This document shows positions 1 through 11,736 of a stretch of DNA of 39,506 bases, one piece after another; position 1 is the first letter of the stretch, and the number at the start of each line of letters is the position of its first letter. The DNA is taken from NCBI GenBank assembly GCA_045837725.1, contig JBEWZL010000204.1, positions 62,001-101,506 of the forward strand. The letters run 5' to 3'. A program made the translations under genes and the position numbers. The notes under the pieces are model-generated. The model saw only the letters and a program-made list of their open reading frames with translations, did no database searches and was not told the origin of the DNA. The DNA is from Vermamoeba vermiformis. Lineage: Eukaryota.

Positions 1-724
1 GTAGGAGGAACCTTCGACACGTTCTATTGCAATGCAACGAAGAGCAGTCAATGCGCACTAAAAGCAAACTTCTACATGTCCAGCGCGGGAGATATCTATT
101 GCGAGTACGCGATTTGGGATGGCTCTGACTGCCTCGACATCCGCGTCACCAACCAGGTTTATGCATTCTACTCCGTGATGATTGCAGGCGGAGCTGTTAT
201 ATTATCATTGGCAGTATTAACTTCGCTATTCAGAATATTACAAATAGCGCAGAAGATCACTATCGACACATCCAGAACGAATGTGATTTGGTTGATTTTA
301 TTTTTCGTCTGTACACTCCTTGGCGTAATGTTCTTTTTATTACAATTCAATGCTGCCAGTATTGCCTGTTCAAGTAATTGCGATTCGCGGTGCGCTTTGC
401 AAGATCCGTAAGTATTTCTTCATTGCTTTTCTACCCATTGAACCCTTAGTCTAACAACTAATGACATATTATTGCAGATTTAATTTCGGCCAAGTTGATT
501 TCAACAGCGACGGCACATTAGACTGCATGTCTTGTATCGTTGATGACTATGGCGACTGTGTAAGAGTAGATTCTACGTACGAAGCCATTACGGTGCAGCA
601 AATGGGTCTTGGTCTAGGCATTCCTTTCATTATTATCGGTCCTATCTTCGGAATTGTTTGGATTGTGCGAGCGGTAATTCAACCGACAAGATCCAAAGGT
701 ACCGCGCCCACTCCAAAGGCTTAA
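1..724 (+). CDS. Multi-pass membrane protein with Cys-rich loops, 5' end outside window or uncertain
   Basis: Frame is open from base 1. GT-AG intron 408-477 joins ORF 76..411 in frame to ORF 461..724 (CC|A = Pro). Three hydrophobic segments (VYAFYSVMIAGGAVILSLAVL; VIWLILFFVCTLLGVMFFLL; MGLGLGIPFIIIGPIFGIVWIV). Stop at 722-724, AATAAA at about 774. Confidence 0.65.
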
Positions 725-1366
725 ATCGACATTGAATTATTCTATCAATGTCAATCTACTTCATATTTCTATTAATAAAAAGATCGATTGAACTGTGCAT
801 TAATTATCGGATCTAGTTCCCTAACCATTTGTGATTCATGCTACTAATCGGACCAATAGAAATATGAGCAGCTCTAATAAATATGATTGCACTACCTACG
901 TTTTTGTGCACCAAAAAGCGGTGCTAAATCGCCATTCAACGTTTATTCCATGGCAGCCGATCCGCGGGATTTCGTGCGATATTGCTCCTGAAGTCCCTCA
1001 CGTGTCGCAGTTTGGGATTGTGCATGTACAAATCCGACAAGTGCTTCAAATGCGTATCATCGCCTGTTTCGGGCAATAATTCCTCGTCCAACAAACACTT
1101 GATGGTTGGCAATGATCCTGAAACTATCGAGCCAAGTAGTTGGGCCGGACCAAGTGAGATCCCAATCATTAATGGGCGCAAGTAATCCTTTTTTTGTCAC
1201 TATTTCGTGTTCCAATAAGAACTTTAACATCGATAACGCTTCTTCAGTTGTCAGCGTTGTCTCTTCAGCGTTGTCAATCAGTTCTTCATTGTCGAAATTC
1301 TCCGAGCTCACAATCTTCTTGAACCAGTATCGCAATTTAGGTCGTACACTTCGCCTTTTATGGCAG

Positions 1367-1686
1367 GTTCCTTGCTTATTGCCATTACTGAGCGTGAGAA
1401 GGCATGGGCCAAGTACAACACCAACGACGGCACCACCACCATCGAGGACAAAGTCGTTGGCAAGTACGATCTCGACACCTCTGAAGTGTACCGTGGGGAC
1501 AAGGTCATTGGACGAGTGCAAAAGACCAAAGGACTGTTCCTCGATGTATTCCATGGCAACAACGAGTGCGTCGCTTCGTTCGTGGTCAACAAGTACAACA
1601 ATCAATACGATGGTGCCACCGTCAGACCATTCAACAACCCGTACTCGTGCGAGTTCTTGCAGAGTGGTGAAGTCATGTGCACATGA
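1367..1686 (+). pseudogene. Orphan coding-like exon fragment, no in-frame upstream exon found
   Basis: Strong C/G-ending codon bias (GCC AAG TAC AAC ACC AAC GAC GGC ACC ACC ACC ATC GAG GAC) after a possible acceptor tggcag at 1366. The nearest upstream donor (1182) is out of phase. Flanked by minus-strand protein-like fragments. Confidence 0.35.
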
Positions 1687-2117
1687 CAGTGGGTTTCATC
1701 TAGTACGTCGGTGAAAAAGACATCGAAGACTACTTTGTGCCTCTCGGTGCCATTTTCATCTTTTGGATCGAGAAGTTTGCTTTGGAGAACCTCGAGACTC
1801 AAAAACCTATGTCTCAAGAGCCCGCTCCTGGAACTTTCGTTGTAAGTGTAAATTCTAACTCCGTTCTGAATCAGTTCTGATCATTTTCTATCAATAGTAA
1901 ACCCGTCTTATGGTAAGAGCTTCATTAACCGAACGATTGGAAACGAAAATAATTGATTTACGTTATTCCGCTCGATTTCACGAATAAATAAATTGTTCAC
2001 CAAAATATCAAATCACGTTGATTTCAGCGCACAATTTTAGAAGGAACCGACGAGTTTTCAAATAGTAACGATGAAACGGCAAATACATCCTCAAAGTAAG
2101 AGAAACTTACGTTTACT

Positions 2118-3493
2118 TCACATTTTCAAGCCTTCGATAGCCAAAAATGCAGCGCCCATCACTGGCTCTTCTTGTGGAATGACGGGCTCAGCGTCGGGCA
2201 AAACTTGTTTTAAGCGCGCAATCAATCGACTGGCCAACAAACTGTCCGCGTGCGTCAAGTTACCACCTGCATGCTATCATAAGCTTCATTGCATTGGCTA
2301 TAACGATGTAACGTACCTGCCAATACGAGCGGGAACTTCTTTCCCTTCTCGAATTGAAGTTTGTTTGCGACCGCCAAAATCGTCTCTTCCAAGCCATAAA
2401 CGGTGCGATCCAGAATTTCGTTGGCGACTTGATCTCCTTCTTTAACCGCCTCAATAACAATTGAACCTAACGAGGCAAATCGCTGCCAAGTAAGATCTTT
2501 GTAAGTCCAAGCGATGATTTGCGACGGGTTTTCAAGTTCGAGTTTGCTGAGCACTTTGTCCAGCAATATTGTTGGCTTGCCTCGACCGTCCTAGTAATAG
2601 ATTTAATCTCTTGCTTGCTAGAATACTACTCTACTACTCACTGCTGCACGAACACAAGCATTCAACAAGGCTGATCCCATCGCGTAGCCGCTGCCTTCGT
2701 CGCCTAACATCGGGCTTGACACGTGTTAGTTTGGTACTTGGCACGACTTTTAAATACTTACCCCCAGCCTCCAGCACGTGTAGCTGCCACATCGAACTTG
2801 AGCTCGGGATTGTTGAATCCTAGACAGATTTGGCCAGTGCCGCTGATAATTACGAGACCGTGCAGCTTGCCTCGCGTACCGGCAGAGAGCGCGACATATC
2901 CGTCGTTAAAAATCTACGCACCTCGTTAGAATAATTAGTTAATTTTATTCGTTCTTACCAAGGGCTTATTAACGCTAGGCAACAGCGCTTTAATATATTT
3001 GGTGACTTCTGCTCTGTCATCGTCTCGATCTACACCTGACATGCCCAAACAAACGCCCTTAACTGAAATAATTAAGCTTAATTTTATTATTGCTTCAGTA
3101 CTTACTATCGTTAGGGGTCAAATTAGCCTCTTTAATGGCGCCTAAAATAGAATCTTCGACCGCTTTTTGTGCTGCTTCTTTACCCACGCTATTCCAATTA
3201 GATCCACCCGCGCTGCCCTTTCCTTTATGTCAAAAAATATATTAATTTATTTAAAACGATATACAAGGGTTAGTGAGCGAAGTGCATCTCGTTTTCAATT
3301 GGTTAATGGTCAATTCAAAATTAGCAAAATGGTTGCTTCATATGCTACTACGCATTAATATTGATATTTTTGATGTTAGTTTTTAATTTGCGTTGAAGGA
3401 TCAATTACCTTTGACTTCACCATTTGAATCTACGCAGAAAGCGATAGTTTTGCTTCCTCCTCCGTCAACACCAATCAAATATGATACGCTCAT
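2118..3493 (-). CDS. NAGK: BadF/BadG/BcrA/BcrD-family sugar kinase (N-acetyl-D-glucosamine kinase-like), multi-exon
   Basis: Starts MSVSYLIGVDGGGSKT (ASKHA phosphate-1 motif). Internal exons read LGMSGVDR, NDGYVALSAGTRGKLHGLVIISGTG and LGDEGSGYAMG. Ends VLAG|GNL...EPVMGAAFLAIEGLKM*. Canonical splice sites. Confidence 0.9.
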
Positions 3494-4276
3494 GTTGTAG
3501 TATGTTAATAGAGGTAAATAAATAGATTTGGTCAAGCGTTTGTCGAAGAGACACCGTTGCAATTAAATTTATTTATTTATTCAGCTGCATCGTTTAACTA
3601 GACCACTGCATAGTATATAAGTTATTAATGCGACTCATTAAACATGTAATATTGACGGCAGGAGTCGTTGATCAACCATCTCGAGGGTTTTTATTCGACC
3701 GGCCTTAGTTACGAGTCATAATTAATATATATGGTAAGATAGCTAAATGTAGCAATATTAATAAGAAATTCTACTCGGGCAATTTATTTGGTATTTTTTT
3801 AGTCTCCCACTCCGTAACAAATAAAATTTTAGCTTGAATAAGTGGTGCACGTCTCAAATTAATTGCAATACTAATTCTTCGATTGTAAAATCTACTTTAT
3901 GGTGTTATATAAATCGTAGGAGTGTTTATAATAATAATTATTGTCATTTTAGGGTTGCTGCGACACGGACTTATTAGCACTCGGAGAGGTACATATCGCT
4001 TATAACTGATCTAAGTGCAAAAACCGTACGGTAACCTAACCTACCTAATAGATGTATTCCAATGATTCGTAGCCGTTCATCAGCCGGCACTTCGAACCAG
4101 ATTTACTTTGATGTAATTCATTTCCTCGCAAAGAAAATGGGCAAAAATCTGAAGTCCTACGTTATACGACTTCTTGAATTACGAAACGAGTTCCTACGTG
4201 AGTTCACGGATCAGCTCTGCAAAAATTTAAACAACACTTTTGTTTTAGTATTGTCAGTTGTGTACGCACCTCAAAA

Positions 4277-7200
4277 ATGTACGCAATACGGCTGCTGTTA
4301 ACTAGTTGCAAGCGCACTTCCATTGTTAGCAGCAAGGGCTTTCTGCACCGTTCAAAAACTCAACCCAGGCGCTATGGGTCGAGCAACCTTTGCAATGAGG
4401 AATTAACAGCCGAAGCCAGTAAGTATTTATAATTTAATCCACTGTTATTAATAATACCATTACTGAAATAGTGCGCGAAATGACTGCAAATGATGTTGCT
4501 CAGTGGGCGCTGCGCGTTCTAAAAATACCAGATGCAGCTGCGGCCGTTATTGTTGAGAACGCTATCACGGGACCCTCGCTGCTAGCGCTCAAATCAAAGG
4601 TGGATATGTTTAAATTGAGTCAAAGAAAGTTGCCTGTGGCTGTTGCCGAGACAATGTGGCGAAAAATTAGTTCTGGTGTCGAAGGTACTGAATTACGAAG
4701 TTACTGTAAATTAATATTTTTAATTTCTAGAAAACCGCAAAGAGATTCTGACTCGCTTTTTTACGGCCTCAATTGAGCAGGAGCTGGCAAACTTCGAACT
4801 GCCTTCGTTGGCGGACGAAGAAGCGAAGCGAAATGAAGAGCACCGATCTTACTTGCAGCAGCTTTATAAGGAATCTCTAGCGTTTAACCCGCTACAAAAA
4901 GGAGTCGACATCAGATTCTTACAAAAACAAACGCAGGATCCGATCTATGATCTCCTCACTCAGGAGGCAACGTCTGCTACACCAAAAAATATTTACATTC
5001 TCAGAGCTATATCAGGCGGCGGCAAAACAGGTACTCAAATATATTTACCGTAGTAATTCATTTACTTACTTCGTTAAAAGGAGCTGTTCTGAACGCCATC
5101 GGTCGCAATCAGTATTTGATTTACTTTGATTGTCGACCGCTTGCACTTGATATAGCCGAATATGTGAGTAGTTTTTGGCACCTTGTGTTAGACAAATAAT
5201 GATCTTTCGTAGGACGATGCAAACTTCAAAGCCTTTCACGACGACCTTACAACTTTTCTTGGAGCTAATGCCACTGATGCCAATAGAACACAAATTGCAA
5301 CAACTTTGTGTTCGGCATTTTTGTTAACACGTTTCATGTTGCTTGACTACATGAAAAGACACTTTAATATATCACCTACAAACTGGCTATTTTGGACAAT
5401 AAATGGCGGAAAGGCAATCATTCGAAATATTCAGAATACCTTCCTCACCCTTGTGTAAGTTATTTGTATTCCATTTTCTTAGCAGTGCTAATTTCATTTA
5501 GTGAAACAGAAATCAAGATATCTGGTGGTGATACCACTATTATAAACAGTGTCTTGAGAACTCAATTGGCAGAGCATGCAGACAAGGCTTGGATAGCTTT
5601 TGATGAAGCTCAAGCAATTAGTGGCTATTATTTTGGATTCCAAATGTTACCAGCTTATGAGAACACTAGCCAAGCTGTTGCTGATGGAGATCAAAGAAGG
5701 TTTGTTAACACTCAAGCAAGGCTGGGTTCTAATGCTTAGCAGGTCATTACTACATGTTCTAGCAGTCTATGCCTTGCCAACAGCAAGCAAGAGAGTTGTT
5801 TTGGGCACAGGAATGACAGATTTTATACAATTAATTGGTTCAGGAGGCGCAAAAGACTGTACAAGTTACAATTTCACTGAGCCAAACCTTGCATTCCCAT
5901 ATCTTGAACCTCACCAGTCCTTAGAGATTTTGAAAAAGTTTTTCCATTTGCAGAATGTTAGTCCAGAGCTACTCAATACGGCAAAAAAAGTTCTTCAGGG
6001 AAGATTACGCTATGTCTTCCGTTTCATCACAGAGATGTATGAAGCTGCTAAACAAATCAACCCACAGCAGCAACCACTTACTGCAAATCAGATGGACATG
6101 ATCTTCAGAACTGCTTTGGCAAAGTTACAAGATGATATTAAAACAGCAATTGAAAATCAGCTTAGGACCAAGGCAACTGATGAGAGAAGTATGTTTGTGG
6201 TTGATCTAGCCAAAATCTCACCTATCTTTATAGTTATTTGGCACCTGATTGATGTCCTTAGTGCTTATGAAAATGGCTTAACTTTGGAGTGGGATACAAA
6301 GGATTTTGAAGCAAATTACCATATCACTGCTGAGATAACAGGCTTTTTGTTTATCAACCAAGATGGTAAGCAACATAATCAATTTGTTTATCATTCTAAC
6401 CCTAATTAGCTCTTGCTACTGTACCTACAACCAGATACTGCTATTCCATTAGAGAGCCCTTTGTTGCGGAAGTGTTAAACAATCTTCAGTACATTAAGAA
6501 CATCAAAGACATGAGGATTGCACATACTATTCAGACCTCTGCCAACTTAGAGAAAAATCAAGTGTGGTATCAAGCTGGAGAATTTCTTGCTTAACTATTT
6601 GGTATGTTGAAACACTGGACAAACACATAACTAAAGGTTTATCCTAAATAACAGGCTGAAAATGCTAACAAGCTAGCTAGTATACTTCCTGCAACAGCTC
6701 CAGAATGGTGTTTTGCACTAAATTACACCTGGAATAGGTCTGCAGTTGCATGCAATAATGTTGCACTTGATGCTGCTGTTAAAAATCTCCTTTCTATCAA
6801 GAAACAACTGAAAAGCCTCATGACATACAGGATGAATATTAAAGCAGGTAAGAAGTCACGTATCAAAGGCCCACAAATAGAGGAGGAAGTGTACAATGCA
6901 CTTCTTGGTGATGATTTCATGCAGAAAATTGTTGAAGAAGACAATTTATCAGATGCCACAATTGCAACACTGTATCAGATCTCTTGTGCACCAGATGACA
7001 AAATTGCAGAGCTGTTATTTTGTTATGTGAAGCCCCTCAACTTCTTGCTTCACCCTTTGGCACACTTTGGGCCAGATTTGTTTGGCTTCTTGAGTAAGTT
7101 ATTGTTAAGTTATAAAAATGTTTTACTAATAGTGTTACAGAAACAAAGACTGGAATTGATGTTTGTGTGGCAATTTCAATATCAATTCAAAATGAACCGG

Positions 7201-7457
7201 ATAAAGACAAGTTTCAGAAAAACGTGGCAAAGACTAATCCAAAGAACTTCTACATAAATAACAACAAGTTCAAAAAGATCTATATGCCCTTGCTGAAAAC
7301 TTTGCCAAGAAATGTGCTACGAATTAATATTACACTGCCTTATGAGCAAAAACAGCCACAAATCTTTGCATCACAGTATTTGGTTCATGTTAATGAGGAT
7401 AGTTTTGAACAAATTGTCAGCTTAAAAGGAGTGCTAGCTAACCTTAAAAAGATCTAG
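4277..7457 (+). CDS. Crinkler/CR-like protein: presequence-like leader, SAM-like domain, P-loop NTPase and putative PD-(D/E)xK nuclease-like C-terminus; multi-exon
   Basis: Exons splice in frame (4277-4418, 4472-4684, 4731-5030, then onward). SAM-like MTANDVAQWA..IVENAITGPSLLAL; Walker A AISGGGKT; Walker B IAFDEAQ; VVLGTG; LQGRLRY; REPLV; HFGPDLFGF near the C-terminus. The family call is from remembered motif patterns. Confidence 0.7.
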
Positions 7458-7655
7458 TTGTTTATTGACTTTTATAGTTGCGTTAGAATAAAGTTTTATT
7501 AAAAATACAACTCAACAAAATTCACGCAATGAGCCAGCTGATTCTCAACCTCCAGTTCAGTGCTGTTTGTTGGGTTTGATGACTGAGCCCAGATCTTTGG
7601 TAGAAGTGGCACTGCCCATGCCTGTTGAGCCGCTGTGGCACCATGATGTATTGCA

Positions 7656-8011
7656 TTAATTACCAACCGAATAAAAGGTCGTCAAACATGACACTTTGTT
7701 GCCGAGGCCTTTGCGGATGTGCACAATCTTGGTCAAGTACAAGGTGATAAGTGTCACCAATGTGCTGAACACGAGTAATGCATCGGTCACAATGAACACC
7801 ACGAGTGCATTGGGCACAGCTGCACAGAGTTAATAAATAAAAAGTGACACGTGTCAAACGGTGACTTACCAAACAGAATGGGAATCAAGATGATTGCTGA
7901 GAAGCTGTAAATGTACACGGACATTGACACGGGACCCAACTCGTTGTACGCTTCAGCCACGTTGCGAGTCAAGAACGACAATACGCCGAAAACAACAAAC
8001 AGCACGACCAA
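7656..8011 (-). pseudogene. Truncated class C (GABA-B/Grl-like) GPCR fragment, TM5-TM7
   Basis: Spliced translation LVVLFVVFGVLSFLTRNVAEAYNELGPVSMSVYIYSFSAIILIPILF|AVPNALVVFIVTDALLVFSTLVTLITLYLTKIVH fits the 7tm_3 pattern G..LA..TRNV...FNE...I..S.Y. An in-frame TGA lies 4 codons upstream and TM1-4 are absent before the next gene. Confidence 0.6.
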
Positions 8012-8636
8012 AAGTGCGGATCAATCTCTCTGGTCACGTTGCTTAACATCGCGTGCCATTCTTTTAACCTAATTAGTATTATTCTACCTTTACTTACCGG
8101 CTGTACTACTCCAATTAGCCGCAATATTAGCTATACTTTGCGAAAATCAATTGAGGAAGGATGAGATCGTGACGGAAATGGAAAAGTACAAGATTGCACT
8201 GATATCTATTAAATTGGTAGAAAATTTTAAGATGGTATTATTATTTAGTTTTAATTAATTTTTATTTATTTGTCTCAAATAAAACTTACCTCGTCCAGAT
8301 GAAAGACGCATCCTTGAATAGAAAGAGGCTACTACTAATGTTAGATTAATTTGCCGAATAATTTTACAGAAAGAGGCACGTTGGCTTTACAATTGATTGC
8401 ACATTGGGGATTAAATTGCTGATTCAAGGATCGCAAGGAGAAAAATACACTTTGCGTATAGATTGAGTATAGTAAATACAAACGGAGCACGATAATTGTG
8501 GTTGTTGGTCTCCGCAAGTGATGTTTAAATAAGTTTCAGCTGGGAAAAAAAAATCGGTGTGAGCCAGCAAACCTCGTTGGGCATTACTAATTAGAGTTAA
8601 TTCAAAAATTGATTCTAAACACAAGCACCAGCACCA

Positions 8637-11391
8637 ATGTTTAGAGCAAATGCGGCTCGTTTGAGTGCTTTGTTTACGAGCCGACCAACGATCTCTGTAT
8701 CGCTGTTTCAATCGAGAGTTTGCTTATTAGCCACCATAGCGAAAAAGTCCAATGCAAGTCAAAAAACTAAGCCTCACATATTGAGAGACAGACTGCGAGA
8801 GAAAAAAGTAGCCAACTTGATCCGTAAAGTGACAGGCTCGCAAGCATCGACAAATGAAAAACCGAAGAGTTATGTCAATGATAAGAAAGGCCCATCGTTT
8901 CCCGTAAGTAATTCGTGGTTTTAACCAATATTTAATGCTGATCACTGAATCCAAATTATTTAAAAAAATTGCCTGAATTGTTTAGCTATTCTACCGCTTA
9001 TGTAGTGTTTATAGACACTAATCCTATTATTAAAAAATATATTCAGGTCAATAAAAAATTCGCTGAACTCAATCTGATGGGACCACTATTGCGTGTCGTG
9101 AACGACCTCAACTTTACGAAACCTACTCCTATTCAAAAGAAGACTATTAAGCAAGCATTGAAAAGCCACAACGTACGATTTTGAATTGCGTCGATCTCGG
9201 CGGATCTAATTTCGTGCATTCCAGATTATTGCGTCAGCCGAGACGGGAACTGGCAAAACAGCTGCTTATGGATTTCCTCTTCTACAAAGAGTTCACATAT
9301 TATTGTCGAAAGAACGAGCCTCTGGTAAGCAAAAATAGTACGCTTTTGCGGCCACGTTCTTTACCGTTAAGCTTTAGACAAACCAACGCGTGACAAATCA
9401 GCGCCGCTAGCGTTAGTGTTATGTCCCACCCGAGAGCTGTGCGAACAAGTCAGCAATCAAATATTTGCATTCGCCAAGTACATTCCCGACGTCAAAATTC
9501 TGGGTCTGTTCGGTGCTTTGAAAGATATCAACACTCAAGTACGTACAAGCTATTCGAGCTTCACGATAGTCCATACATGACCGTGCACGTGAATATTAAA
9601 CTAACTGATTTATGGTAGCTCCGAGAGATTGAGAAAGGAGTCGATGTTTTAGTCGCCACGCCCGGTCGATTATTAACGCTCATTGGTCGCAAAAAACTCA
9701 AGCCACAAACTGGCCAAGATACTTCTGCGCAAGTGAAGAATAAGAAAGGAGCTGTGATTGATCAAGAGCTGTTTGACATGTTGACACCTGCCGAACAAAA
9801 GAAGTACTTGGCAGGCGAATTCGAAGATGAGTCCGACGCCATTCAATCCGAGGACTTGGACGTCAACCAAGAAGAAAATCAAATGGAAAACGTGCCCGAA
9901 GAGTCGGAAGAGAAAACACCTGAAAGCAACATCGATTTGAGTCACGTCAACTTTTTGGTGCTCGACGAAGTTGATCGCATGTTGGGCATGGGACTTTTCC
10001 CAGATGTGCGCAACATTTACACTTATTTGCCCAAGCCAAACAAAGGCCGCAAAGGAAACATGCAGGTACGAACAACATATCCACATTGCCACGCTTTATA
10101 ACTGACTTGTGGCGCAGGTTATTATGATGTCCGCTACCTTAATGCCTCGCATTGAAGATTTAATGATCAGATTTGCGCCCTATCATATCAAAGTCGATCT
10201 GAACCAGGATTTTAACACGGCACAAAATGGTACGTGTGGTTATAATCACAATAATGAAGCTAACATATAATAGTAAAAAATATCATCTACTCGGTCAAAA
10301 ATCGAAAGAAATACGCACTTCTCGTGTATTTGTTGAAACGAAAGGGGTCGATGAAGGTACGTGGAATTGAGTCGATCTGGACGCGTCTAACAGTATCAAT
10401 AGGGCCAGCAATGTTTGATATTCTGTAGAACTAAGCAGCGCATAGAAAGATTAGTCGAGCACTTGAAGAAGGATGGGTTCTCAGCTGAAGCCATTCATGG
10501 AGATCTGACCCTCAGCAGGAGACAAAATCTCGTTGAGAGCTTCAAAGAGAAGCAAGTGCAGGTTAGTATCGACATTGATACGAATACTCTTACCTACTTA
10601 TGTTATAGATATTGGTCGCCTCAGACGTTATGAGTCGCGGCATTGATTATCCGGATCTACCTTTCGTCGTCAATTTTGACTTGCCTCACTTACCCGAAGA
10701 ATTCATTCATCGCATTGGTCGTACTGGACGTGCCGGTCGTAGTGGAGTGGCGTACACATTATTGGGCTCAGAGCCCATGTTGATTAAAATCGGCAATCAA
10801 GTTGTTGCCCTGAACGAGCGCGAGTTTTTGAAAAAGATCGAGAACTTGATGGGAAAACGATTGTCTGTTGCACCTAAAGTACCTGGACCTTGGCGAGGTG
10901 ATGATGGAGAGGAAGCTGTAAGTTATTAGTGTTTTGTGGTCGTGTTGAAACTCCGTGTCCGGATCTAACTCTCATTCTCTAGGAGACGCTCGATGTTAAT
11001 CCTAAAGTGCTGTACGAAGCTAAAGAGAAGGTTGAAAAGCTGTTGGAACGGCAACAACATGTCGCTGATGAAGTGGAAAAGCAAAATAAGAAGCGACTAA
11101 CACCTGCCGAGAAGCACGCCATCAATTTGACGAACAAGAAGCCAGAACAGCTTGATTTGCGTAATTTCTCGTAAGTCAATAACATAAATATTAAAATTAC
11201 TTGTCTGACGCACTATCTACAGCGAGGGAAGGTACGAAGATGTGCTCGCTAAATTTGAACGAAAGAATGCACTTAAAAGAGGAGTGGCAGTGCCCGTCAA
11301 TTTTTATGACCGGTTAGAACAACGCGAGAAGAAATTAATCGCCAGACAAAAGAAAAAGAAAATGAAATCTGTAAATAAGCAAGCGAAATAA
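8637..11391 (+). CDS. DEAD-box RNA helicase (RhlE-like), probably mitochondrial; multi-exon
   Basis: Q motif [51 protein letters not shown] and [10 protein letters not shown] occur in order across exons. The N-terminus is Arg/Ser/Leu-rich and acid-free. Stop at 11389-11391. Confidence 0.92.
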
Positions 11392-11736
11392 TTAAACCAG
11401 CGAAAGATACTATAACGTGCACTGTTGATCCTAACCCTTACCTTGTGCTTTCGAAATAATTCCTTTGCGTCTTCAAACATCCAGACACAAATCTGATAGC
11501 CGTTGCAACCACGTTGTTGAAACAGTAAATATCTCGGCTCGAAGTATTAAACTGATACGGAAAAGTACAAGCAGTTGTTGTCTTAAGTAATTGCAAGAAC
11601 AGCTTTCAAATAAAAAAATGTTCCGAGTTTTGCTTGTCAAATCCGTTTGGTCGCAAAAAACTACCGGCAGTTTTCTTTGTTTCTTGGGATAATCTCTGTC
11701 ATTAAATTAAAACACATACACAACTCTAAATAAACT

